A stretch of DNA of 43,039 nt, taken from contig JAZSRG010000105.1 of NCBI GenBank assembly GCA_045538365.1, forward strand, positions 1 through 43,039. Direction: 5' to 3'. The stretch comes from Clostridia bacterium (GTDB taxonomy: Bacteria; Bacillota; Clostridia; Christensenellales; RUG350). The notes under the pieces are model-generated. The model saw only the letters and a program-made list of their open reading frames with translations. It was not told the DNA's origin and made no database searches. How positions within the stretch are numbered: the stretch's first letter is position 1; each line of letters starts with the position of its first letter. Shown in pieces: positions 9,080-17,207 of the stretch. The position numbers and the translations under genes were made by a program.

Positions 9080-10423
9080 ATGACAAGTTACGTTACTAAA
9101 AAAACGCCCGGTGACACCGAGTGGTTTGTACACGACAGATTCGGAATGTTTATCCATTTCGGACTATATTCTCTTCCTTCCCGCCACGAGTGGATTAAAA
9201 ATATCGAGTGCATAAGTGAAGAAAAATACGATAAATATTTTAAATACTTTAACCCCGATATGCTCGACGTTAGAGGTTGGGTAAGAAAAGCAAAAGAAGC
9301 AGGTATGAAATATGCCGTTTTGACAACCAAACACCACGAAGGTTTCTGTTTGTTTGACACGAAATACACCGACTACAACGTAATGAATACCCCTTACGGC
9401 AAAGATATCGTTCGTGAATTCGTGGACGCTTGTCGCGAGTTTGGTTTAAAGGTAGGTTTATATCACTCCCTTATCGACTGGCATCATCCCGATTTTACTA
9501 TCGACTGGTTGCACCCACGTAGAAACGATCCCGATGCGTACGAACAAAACCAAAAGAGAGAACTTTCCCGTTACGTAGATTATCTTCATAAACAAGTTGA
9601 AGAACTTATGACCAATTACGGCAAAATCGACGTTTTGTGGTTTGACTTTTCTTATATTCCTAAAAATTACGGTAGTTTATGTCCTTGGGAAGAGGCTAAA
9701 GACTGGATGAAAGGAAAGCACAAAGAAGAGTGGCGCTCTGAAGAACTTCTCAAAATGATAAGAAAATATCAACCCGATATTATGATAAACGACAGAACGG
9801 GTATTCCCCAAGACGTTTGCACCCCCGAACAAACGGCTGTTAAAGACGGTGTTCGCGATTTAGAAACGGGCGAACTCGTAGTTTGGGAATCTTGTCACAC
9901 TTTCTCCGGTTCTTGGGGATATCATAGGGACGAGATGACTTGGAAATCTCCCGAAATGCTTATCCAACTTCTTATAAATATCGTGTCTTGCGGTGGTAAC
10001 CTTATTATGAACGTAGGACCGACTTCAAGAGGATACCTTGATAAACGCGCTATCAAAGCGCTCGACGTTTACCAAGAGTGGATGACTTATAACGGTCGTT
10101 CGATTTACGGTTGTACGAGAGCCGAGCCCGAGTTCAAAGCCCCCGTCGGCACTAAACTCACCCAAAGCGTGGACGGAAAACGTTTGTATATCCACTTGTT
10201 TGAATATCCTTTTAAAACTTTAGTAATGGAAGATATGGCAGACAAAGTTGACTACGCTCAATTCTTGCACGACGGTAGTGAAATTTTGTACCGCAAAAAG
10301 AAAAAACCCGCTCAAGGAAAACTCTATTACGAGAATTCTTATGACGAAACGTCACTTTTATTCGCGCTTCCGGAAGTGAAGCCGGATGTGGTGGTGCCTG
10401 TTATAGAACTATTCTTAAAATAA
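9080..10423 (+). CDS. alpha-L-fucosidase (GH29)
   Basis: 'WF.HDRFGMFIHFGLYS', 'YAVLTTKHHEGFCLFDT', 'LWFDFS' and 'GGNLIMNVGP' GH29 motifs. No signal peptide. AAGGAG lies 9 nt before the ATG at 9080. Confidence 0.85.
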   Translation: MTSYVTKKTPGDTEWFVHDRFGMFIHFGLYSLPSRHEWIKNIECISEEKYDKYFKYFNPDMLDVRGWVRKAKEAGMKYAVLTTKHHEGFCLFDTKYTDYNVMNTPYGKDIVREFVDACREFGLKVGLYHSLIDWHHPDFTIDWLHPRRNDPDAYEQNQKRELSRYVDYLHKQVEELMTNYGKIDVLWFDFSYIPKNYGSLCPWEEAKDWMKGKHKEEWRSEELLKMIRKYQPDIMINDRTGIPQDVCTPEQTAVKDGVRDLETGELVVWESCHTFSGSWGYHRDEMTWKSPEMLIQLLINIVSCGGNLIMNVGPTSRGYLDKRAIKALDVYQEWMTYNGRSIYGCTRAEPEFKAPVGTKLTQSVDGKRLYIHLFEYPFKTLVMEDMADKVDYAQFLHDGSEILYRKKKKPAQGKLYYENSYDETSLLFALPEVKPDVVVPVIELFLK

Positions 10424-10486
10424 ACGGCATATAAGCGTCGAAATACTTCAAAATCAAAAACTCTCTCGTGCGGTTACGTACCTTTT

Positions 10487-10614
10487 AGTACGCGCCCTTC
10501 GGGAGAGTTTTGCTTTTTCGTCTTTCTTGCTTCTATGCCGTTTATTGTATAGTACGCGCCCTTGTCTAAACCGTTTTTCCTTTTCGTCTTTCTCGTTTCT
10601 ATTGCGTTTTACGG
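10487..10614. repeat. two tandem, diverged ~64-nt direct repeats in the fucosidase/ferritin-like intergenic region
   Basis: Units start at 10487 and 10551, both with AGTACGCGCCCTT, and share TTTTCGTCTTTCT. I estimate about 70% identity by eye. Unit 1 overlaps the putative fucosidase terminator stem. Confidence 0.7.
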
Positions 10615-10769
10615 TATTTGTAATTTTAAATTTTTCACAAAATGTGTAATTATTTCATATATAGATATGGTGATAATCATAAAATAAGGCTATGTCACAA
10701 TAAATGGTTGAGTTTTGCCCGTAGAAATCAATCAGATATTGCGATATAACCATAAAAAAAGGAGGAATT

Positions 10770-12044
10770 ATGAATCCGTTTAACGAAAAAGGTAGGGCAA
10801 TAGACAAGCAATTTCAAAACTGGTCGTCTATTTACCCGAAGTCTTACAACAAAAGGGAGATAGACCCTTACACTAAAACTCGTATCATTTTAATGAACGG
10901 TACGGAGTTTGAAGCGAACTGGTTTTCGCATAACTTTGCCCGTCACGTTTGTGACAACGATTTAAGACGTTCTCTTGCGCTCACTCGTGACACAGAGAAA
11001 CAACAACAACTTAAAATTTCACTCTTAAAACCCAAGGACGAAAGTATTTTGGAGCACACAATTTCTTACGAGCAATTAGCGGTGGACTTGACCGCCGAAC
11101 TTGCAAAAAGAGAATTAGATTGCTACGTTAAAACCGCCTTGGATTTTGCGCTTTTAGAGGACTTTGACCACCTTTATAGATACGCAAATCTTTTGGAAAT
11201 GGAACAAGGCATTTACGCCGAGTGGTTGGTAGGTCGATATACCGAGATTATGCCCGGGCGACCGACGATATCGGAGCACCGTTACCCGATAGATAACGTA
11301 AGACGTGGAATTGACTCGAAAACTGCGGACGTTATGACCGTGCTTGCTACTATGATTATAACGGCAGCCGAGCAACAAACTATGAACTATTATATGAACG
11401 TAACGAATTTTGCAAGAAGTGATATAGGTAGAAGACTTTATCAAGAAATTGCGCTCATTGAAGAAGAGCACGTTTCACAATACGAGTCGCTAATGGACTC
11501 AAAAGCAAGTTGGTTTGAAATGCTTTTGTGGCACGAATACTGCGAGTGCTATCTCTACTGGTCGTGCTATATGACGGAAACCGATCCGTACGTTAAAAAT
11601 TTGTGGGAAGAAAACTTGTCTTTTGAGATAACTCACTTACACCGAGCGGTAGAACTTTTGAAAAAATACGAAAACAAAGACTGGTGGGAAGTAATACCCG
11701 ACGGCGATTTCCCTGCGCCCTTGTCCTTGCACGAAAATATCGAGTATGTGAGAAAGATTTTGGGCGACACCGTACAATACACGAGCGTAAAAGAAGAGTA
11801 TTATAAGGTAAAAGAACTACCTAAAGACGCGGACTTTTATAAATTCCAAAATATCATGAACCCCACGACTAATATCGTGCCAAGTCATTGTGTGATAGAA
11901 GAATTTATATCCCGCAACGGTATGGACTACCGTTTTCAAGTTGCCCCCAGTCCCGTTCCCGAACTTCGCGACAGACGAAACGACAACACCGACGTTGGCC
12001 GTAAACCCAACGCCGCCCCGTCCACAGACTTTTTCTGTAACTAA
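10770..12044 (+). CDS. ferritin-like / di-iron-carboxylate-type helical protein of unknown function
   Basis: Strong RBS (AAGGAGG), 424 aa, no signal peptide. Helical segments carry paired acidic/His motifs ('ELAKRE'...'LEDFDHLYRY', then 'AAEQQTMNYY'...'IEEEHVSQYE') reminiscent of rubrerythrin/ferritin-like four-helix bundles. Confidence 0.55.
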   Translation: MNPFNEKGRAIDKQFQNWSSIYPKSYNKREIDPYTKTRIILMNGTEFEANWFSHNFARHVCDNDLRRSLALTRDTEKQQQLKISLLKPKDESILEHTISYEQLAVDLTAELAKRELDCYVKTALDFALLEDFDHLYRYANLLEMEQGIYAEWLVGRYTEIMPGRPTISEHRYPIDNVRRGIDSKTADVMTVLATMIITAAEQQTMNYYMNVTNFARSDIGRRLYQEIALIEEEHVSQYESLMDSKASWFEMLLWHEYCECYLYWSCYMTETDPYVKNLWEENLSFEITHLHRAVELLKKYENKDWWEVIPDGDFPAPLSLHENIEYVRKILGDTVQYTSVKEEYYKVKELPKDADFYKFQNIMNPTTNIVPSHCVIEEFISRNGMDYRFQVAPSPVPELRDRRNDNTDVGRKPNAAPSTDFFCN

Positions 12045-12050
12045 ACTAAT

Positions 12051-12083
12051 AAAAAAAGGACACGACCGTGTCCTTTTTCTTTT
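12051..12083. terminator. bidirectional hairpin terminator between convergent genes
   Basis: aaaaaaaGGACAcgaccgTGTCCtttttctttttt. Confidence 0.7.
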
Positions 12084-13496
12084 TTAATCTTTCTGTAAAG
12101 GCAACGCGCCTTTCTTTTTTCGGCTGTGTTCTTTGGCTTCTTGGGCGACGAGATTGGAGAGGGCGAGTAGGGCTATTACGTTGGGGATAACCATTAGATA
12201 GTTAAAGAAGTCCGTGAGTTCCCACACAAGGTCGCTTGATAGTACCGAGCCTAAGAAAGTGAACGCGATAGCGATAATTGAGTAGATAATAGTCGTTTTT
12301 TTGCCGAATAAGTAGTTATAATTGATTTTACCGAACAAATTCCAACTGATAACGGTGGAAAATGCAAAGAAAGACAAACAAACGGCAATAAAAATTGATG
12401 CGATAGTCGAGCCTACGTTCGGATTTGCAAAGAGTGAAGTTATTGCGACTTCTACCATATTGTTTTTAGTAATACCGTCCACTATGCCACTTGACAAAGG
12501 TCCGTTTCCTGCGTACAAAGTGGAAATTACTATAATTGCCGTTATAGTCAACACTATGAAGGTGTCTATAAATACGCTAATCATAGCCGCCGTGCCTTGT
12601 TCGTGCGGATTTTTAACGTTTGCTTGAGCGTGCGCGTGCGGGGTAGAGCCCATACCTGCTTCGTTTGAGAAAAGTCCGCGTTTTGCGCCTTGGCTTATAG
12701 CCGTCTTTAACGCGTAACCGAGTGAACCGCCGACAACTGCGGTGGGGTTAAAAGCGTATTTAAATATCATAGCAAACGTTTCGGGAATTGCCGTGATATT
12801 TACGATAATAATAACTAAACCGCCCAAAATATAAACTATTGCCATAATAGGTACGATTTTTTCGGTAACGGCGGCAAGTCTTTTCGTACCGCCTATATAG
12901 ATAAGGGCGCACAAAACAGCAAGGACTAAACCGATAGCCCACGTGGGAACGTTTACCGCGCTATTTACCGCCGCGCCTATGGAGTTTGACTGCACCATAG
13001 AACCCATAAAACCTAATGCAAGGATAGCGGAAACGGCAAAAAAGCCTGCGAGAATTTTACCAAAAGTGCCTTTAAATGCCTTTTTGATATAATATACGGG
13101 GCCACCTGATACCGAGCCGTCTTCGCCAACAACTCTGGTTTTTTGCGCAAGGGTTGCTTCGGCGTAAATGGTAGCCATACCAAAAAACGCTATAATCCAC
13201 ATCCAAAAGATTGCGCCCGGACCGCCTAACAATATAGCGCCACACGCGCCTACGATATTGCCCGTGCCGACTTGGGCGGCAATAGCCGTTGCAACGGCTT
13301 GGAAAGAACTCATACCCGACGCGTGTTTCTTGCCGTTTAACTTAAAATTTCCAAAGACGTTTCGCATGCCTTCGCCAAAGCAACGAATTTGAACGAAACG
13401 GGTTTTTATCGTAAAGAAAATTCCCGTGCCCACTAAAAGAATAATTAGGGCGTAGTCCGTTAGATAAGAGTTGATTGTTTGGATAATTTCTAACAT
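12084..13496 (-). CDS. alanine/glycine:cation symporter (AGCS family, sodium:alanine symporter)
   Basis: 470-aa polytopic protein with 'SSFQA..TA.AAQVGTGNI.G' and 'GLFSNEAGMGS.P.AHA' AGCS signatures. It sits downstream of a glycine riboswitch. Confidence 0.85.
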   Translation of the reverse strand: MLEIIQTINSYLTDYALIILLVGTGIFFTIKTRFVQIRCFGEGMRNVFGNFKLNGKKHASGMSSFQAVATAIAAQVGTGNIVGACGAILLGGPGAIFWMWIIAFFGMATIYAEATLAQKTRVVGEDGSVSGGPVYYIKKAFKGTFGKILAGFFAVSAILALGFMGSMVQSNSIGAAVNSAVNVPTWAIGLVLAVLCALIYIGGTKRLAAVTEKIVPIMAIVYILGGLVIIIVNITAIPETFAMIFKYAFNPTAVVGGSLGYALKTAISQGAKRGLFSNEAGMGSTPHAHAQANVKNPHEQGTAAMISVFIDTFIVLTITAIIVISTLYAGNGPLSSGIVDGITKNNMVEVAITSLFANPNVGSTIASIFIAVCLSFFAFSTVISWNLFGKINYNYLFGKKTTIIYSIIAIAFTFLGSVLSSDLVWELTDFFNYLMVIPNVIALLALSNLVAQEAKEHSRKKKGALPLQKD

Positions 13497-13511
13497 AGTT
13501 TTCTCCTGTAA

Positions 13512-13670
13512 TTTTCAAAATAAAAAGCGCCCCTTTTCGGAGCGCAGAATAACTAAATAGTTTCTCCGTCCGTTTGCCTGAGAGATTCGGCTTGCGCCTT
13601 GCACCTTCGGCACTCGATTGGTTACGAGTTCTCCAGAGTTCCCTTCCCCGTCGGTTTTATCCTACGGGTT
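13512..13670 (-). promoter_or_regulatory. glycine riboswitch (single canonical aptamer plus 5' partial/ghost stem) with intrinsic terminator expression platform
   Basis: The minus-strand RNA reads ...CCCGUAGGAUAAAACCGACGGGGAAGGGAACUCUGGAGAACUCG..CGAGUGCCGAAGGUGCAAGGCGCAAGCCGAAUCUCUCAGGCAAACGGACGGAGAAAC. This matches the glycine aptamer consensus (CUCUGGAGA / CCGAAGG.GCAA / AAUCUCUCAGGCAAA.GGAC). It is followed by GCGCUCCgaaaaGGGGCGCUUUUUAUUUU and then an AGGAG RBS. Confidence 0.8.
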
Positions 13671-13692
13671 CAACAGGAATTTATTGAATAAT

Positions 13693-13721
13693 ATACTACA
13701 TAAAAATTGCGATTTTGTCAA
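13693..13721 (-). promoter_or_regulatory. sigma-A type promoter for the riboswitch/AGCS transcript
   Basis: Minus strand: TTGACA, 17-nt spacer, TAGTAT, immediately upstream of the riboswitch. Confidence 0.6.
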
Positions 13722-13726
13722 TAAAA

Positions 13727-13758
13727 AAACGCATAAAAAAGCGTTTTTATGCGTTTTC
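13727..13758 (-). terminator. hairpin terminator at the 3' end of the MATE gene
   Basis: ACGCATAAAAA-agcg-TTTTTATGCGT palindrome flanked by A/T runs. It overlaps the last codons of the MATE CDS. Confidence 0.6.
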
Positions 13759-15189
13759 TACGTCTTTTTCGTGGGCAAAAGCCAAGTTTCTCTCGCATTG
13801 TCGTTTGATGCCGCGGCTCGCAACCGTGAAATAGAATATTACCAAAGACAAGATTACGAGTCCCCAAGTCAAGGGGTAAGAGAAGAGTAGGGCGTTTATG
13901 GTGTGGTAAGCGGGGGTTGCAAAAACCGTATATATCCACAAAAGTCTTATACCGCACACGCCTATCAAATTTATAAGAGTGGGGGTGAGGGAATATCCTG
14001 CGCCCCTTATTAGTCCGGAGAGCGCGTCCATCATACCGCACATAAAGTAGAGAACGCAAACCGTACCCATTCTTTCCAAACCTTTTTGCACTATAAGGTT
14101 TACGACTTCGGGGTTGGAGTCCGTTATATAAATTCTTAAAAGCGCGTCCCCGAATATATACGCTGCCATACCCGTGATTAAACCTATGGTCATAGCGCAA
14201 AGCGGCGCTATAAACAAGGCTTTATTTATTCGTTTATTTTTGCCTGCCCCTATATTTTGCGCCGTGAAAGAGAGCGCCGCGTGGTGGAAAGAGTTCATAG
14301 GCGCATAGACGAAACCTTCTATACTTGCCGCTGCCGCGTGGCCGGACACCGTTATCGGTCCAAAGCCGTTAATGGACGCTTGAATTATAATGTTTGATAT
14401 AGAAAACATTGTGCTTTGCACCCCTGCGGGTATGCCGAGTCGCAAAATTTCCAAGGCTTTTTGTTTGTGCAGGCGTAATTTTTTAAAAGAGAGTTTAAGC
14501 GCGCCTTTTTCTTTTGCAAGACACCAAAGAACGAGTATAGCGGATATGGTTTGGGATATAACGGTGGCGATAGCAACACCGTCCACGCTCATGTTTAACG
14601 CGAGCACGAAGAAAATATTTAATCCAACGTTTATAATTCCTGAAATTGCAAGGAACATTAGCGGTCTTTTAGTATCTCCAACCGCGCGAAGTATTGCGCT
14701 ACCGAAGTTATATACCATAGTGGATAAAATACCGCCGAAATAAATTTTTAAATAAAGGTTGGAAAGGTCGAACATTTCCGCGGGCGTATTCATTAAAACG
14801 AGTAATTTTTCAGAAAGCAAAATGCCGAGTATAGTCAAGATAATTCCCGAAATCATACTAACTAATATAGCGGTATGAATGGACTCGCTCATATCTTTTT
14901 CACGGTTTGCGCCGAAGTATCTTGCAATTAAAATGGTCGCTCCAATGGATAAACCCATAAAGAAGTTGACGAAAAGGTTAATAAGAGAGCCGACAGAGCC
15001 TATTGCTCCGACGGCTAATTGTGAATCTTTGGAAAATTGCCCTACGACCACCATATCGGCGGCGTTAAATAAAAGTTGAAGTATGCTCGTGCACGCCAAA
15101 GGAATTGCAAAAAGCAAAAGGTTTTTGAGAATAGAACCTTTAGACATGTCGATAGTGGACGTTCGTTTTTTAGCCTTTGATATACTCAT
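13747..15189 (-). CDS. MATE family efflux transporter
   Basis: 480 aa, 12-TM-like. 'KNLLLFAIP......LQ.LFN..D...VG' and a duplicated half-architecture are typical of the MATE/NorM family. Confidence 0.85.
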   Translation of the reverse strand: MSISKAKKRTSTIDMSKGSILKNLLLFAIPLACTSILQLLFNAADMVVVGQFSKDSQLAVGAIGSVGSLINLFVNFFMGLSIGATILIARYFGANREKDMSESIHTAILVSMISGIILTILGILLSEKLLVLMNTPAEMFDLSNLYLKIYFGGILSTMVYNFGSAILRAVGDTKRPLMFLAISGIINVGLNIFFVLALNMSVDGVAIATVISQTISAILVLWCLAKEKGALKLSFKKLRLHKQKALEILRLGIPAGVQSTMFSISNIIIQASINGFGPITVSGHAAAASIEGFVYAPMNSFHHAALSFTAQNIGAGKNKRINKALFIAPLCAMTIGLITGMAAYIFGDALLRIYITDSNPEVVNLIVQKGLERMGTVCVLYFMCGMMDALSGLIRGAGYSLTPTLINLIGVCGIRLLWIYTVFATPAYHTINALLFSYPLTWGLVILSLVIFYFTVASRGIKRQCERNLAFAHEKDVENA

Positions 15190-15314
15190 ATTATCACCGC
15201 AAAAGAGTAGTAACTAAATTGTACACCTTGCTACACTAAAAAGCAAGGGAAAATGAGATAAAAGCGAACAATATTTTAAAGTATTTAAATAGTTTTATCG
15301 TATATTAAAAAAGA

Positions 15315-15917
15315 TTATTCATTTTCTATTTCGTAATATTTCCACGTCATAGAAGAAATGGATTTCCATCTCTCTTTATCTTTTTGGTTCTCGCTCCAAA
15401 TTAAAAATTCGAAAAACCTATGTTCTTCGTTTGCAAAGCGAGATATGTCTTCAACTGTGCAATTATATAGTCCTACGCAACCAAAACCGCCGAATATAGC
15501 AAATTTTACCGTTTTGTGGACGTCTAATATCGGATTGATATTCTGTATTTTTGCATTTTTCAAAAAGAACATACTGCACTCTTTTAGATTATACAAAAAA
15601 TCAAGATTTTCTATCTTTTCGCCCTTAAAAATATTTAAATCTCTAATATGCGGAAAGCGTGATAAAAATTCATAATTTGATAGTTGTGCCCAAATATAAA
15701 AACCGACAACTTTAAAACTTGATATTTTTTCCATTATGGCGGAGTCTTCCAAATCTTCGGGTGTGAGATATACGTCTGGAAGTTTCATGTTGAACGCATG
15801 TGAAGTTTGCACCCAAGGAACGCTAATGAAATTATTAGGTGTTCCGTCCTGCGTTATTCCTATACTTAAACACTCTTTTTCTCTATTCAATAGTTTTTCT
15901 TTTTCTGAATCTAACAT
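15315..15917 (-). CDS. hypothetical cytoplasmic protein with leucine-rich-repeat-like segment
   Basis: 200 aa, AGGTG RBS, 12 nt downstream of the ispDF stop. 'LSNYEFLSRFPHIRDLNIFKGEKIENLDFLYNLKECSMFFLKNAKIQNINPIL' has LRR periodicity. No family recognised. Visibly more AT-rich than its neighbours. Confidence 0.55.
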   Translation of the reverse strand: MLDSEKEKLLNREKECLSIGITQDGTPNNFISVPWVQTSHAFNMKLPDVYLTPEDLEDSAIMEKISSFKVVGFYIWAQLSNYEFLSRFPHIRDLNIFKGEKIENLDFLYNLKECSMFFLKNAKIQNINPILDVHKTVKFAIFGGFGCVGLYNCTVEDISRFANEEHRFFEFLIWSENQKDKERWKSISSMTWKYYEIENE

Positions 15918-15929
15918 TTTGTCACCTAT

Positions 15930-17045
15930 TTAAACTTTTACCGAAACTATTGCTTCGGTGGCTATACCTTCTTCCCGTCCCGTAAAGCCAAGTTTTTCCG
16001 TCGTCGTTGCGGTCAATGAAACGTTGTTTTCGGGAATACCTAAAAGAAAAGCAATATTTTTAGAAATAACGTCTATATATGGGGAAAGTTTAGGTTTTTC
16101 CGCAACTATCACGATAGACGCGTTTATAATTTCCGCTTGTTTTTCTTCAAGCATTTTTAAAACTCGTTTGAGTAATTCCACGCTTGAAATATCTTTAAAC
16201 TCGGGAGTGCAAGGGAAGTGGAAACCTATATCCCTTAAGTGAACGGCGGAAAGAAGGGCGTCCATTAAGGCGTGCAAAACTACGTCCGCGTCGGAGTGTC
16301 CGAGCAAACCTTTGTCGTGCGGTACGGTTACGCCCCCAAGAATAAGTTGCCTGCCTTCTTCAAAGCGGTGGGCGTCAAAGCCTACCCCTGCGTGTATTTC
16401 TTTGGGTTTGTCTTCGGGAGTGGTGAGTTTTATATTGTTTTTGTCCCCTCTAACAACGAAAACTTTACCGATTTTTTCATAAACCGACGAATCGTCCGTG
16501 TAAATTTCGTTAGGGGATATAATAGAATATGCGTATTTTAGTTTTTCCGTGACAAATCCTTGCGGTGTTTGAACTAAAGCAAGGGAGTCGCGGGATAACG
16601 TTTTTGTAATATAGCCGTTCTCGCTCTCTTTGACAGTGTCTTGCGGGGGAATAACGGGTATTACCGCTCCGTGGAGTTTAACGCCGTCTATTACTCTGTC
16701 AATTACTTCGTGAGTTACAAAAGGTCTTGCGCCGTCGTGGATAAGAACGATATCAGATTGAGTTATATTTAGCGCGTTTTGGACGGAGTCCGTGCGCGTT
16801 TCCCCACCTTTTACGAGCAAAACGTTTTTGTTCGTTGAAAACTCGGATAAAATTTTTTGAATATTTTCTCTATCACAGTCCTTGCAAGGGATAATAATTT
16901 CGTCAATAGCCGAGTGGGTGAGAAATTTTTCTATCGTGTGAGAAAGTATGCTCTTTCCGTCGGATAAGGGCAAGAAAAGTTTATTTTTATTGGTTTTCAT
17001 TCTCGTGCCACTTCCGGCAGATGGGATAATAACCGTTATTTTCAT
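15930..17045 (-). CDS. ispDF: bifunctional 2-C-methyl-D-erythritol 4-phosphate cytidylyltransferase / 2-C-methyl-D-erythritol 2,4-cyclodiphosphate synthase
   Basis: N-terminal half has 'IIPSAGSGTRM' and 'VLIHDGARPF' (IspD). C-terminal half has 'GVGFDAHRF...GHSDADV..HA..DA' (IspF). GGAG lies 7 nt before the ATG at 17045. Confidence 0.9.
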   Translation of the reverse strand: MKITVIIPSAGSGTRMKTNKNKLFLPLSDGKSILSHTIEKFLTHSAIDEIIIPCKDCDRENIQKILSEFSTNKNVLLVKGGETRTDSVQNALNITQSDIVLIHDGARPFVTHEVIDRVIDGVKLHGAVIPVIPPQDTVKESENGYITKTLSRDSLALVQTPQGFVTEKLKYAYSIISPNEIYTDDSSVYEKIGKVFVVRGDKNNIKLTTPEDKPKEIHAGVGFDAHRFEEGRQLILGGVTVPHDKGLLGHSDADVVLHALMDALLSAVHLRDIGFHFPCTPEFKDISSVELLKRVLKMLEEKQAEIINASIVIVAEKPKLSPYIDVISKNIAFLLGIPENNVSLTATTTEKLGFTGREEGIATEAIVSVKV

Positions 17046-17136
17046 ATCGCGCTCCACAAAAATTTTATATAATTTTATCATATCTTTTATAAAAAGGCAA
17101 TAAGGCTCGTAAAATTTGCAAAAATGCGTTTTAGTG

Positions 17137-17165
17137 TTGACTTTTTTTAAATTTAAGGTTATGAT
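17137..17165 (+). promoter_or_regulatory. sigma-A type promoter upstream of rhaA
   Basis: TTGACT, 17-nt spacer, TATGAT. Confidence 0.55.
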
Positions 17166-17207
17166 ATATAGGTAAATACCGTGTAAACGGAAAAAAGGAG
17201 AATTAAA

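Noticed and set aside
12322-12627. Antisense or alternative-frame ORFs inside transporter genes (12322-12627, 13168-13392, 13718-14200, 14390-14743, 28429-28908, 41358-41714, 41368-41712)
   Set aside because: All are embedded in long, motif-supported membrane-protein CDSs on the opposite strand or in another frame. They have no RBS, and their compositions are typical of shadow ORFs.
12627-12640. Third near-copy of the spacer core (AGCGTGCGCGTGCG, 10/11 match to CGCGTGCGCGT)
   Set aside because: It lies inside the AGCS coding sequence, where it encodes the conserved ...PHAHAQ... segment on the - strand. It has no flanking -35/-10 hexamers, so it is most likely coincidental.
13618-13890. 90-aa + strand ORF spanning the AGCS/MATE intergenic region
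   Set aside because: It runs antisense through the glycine riboswitch, its promoter and the MATE terminator and 3' end. It has no RBS, and a better non-coding explanation exists.
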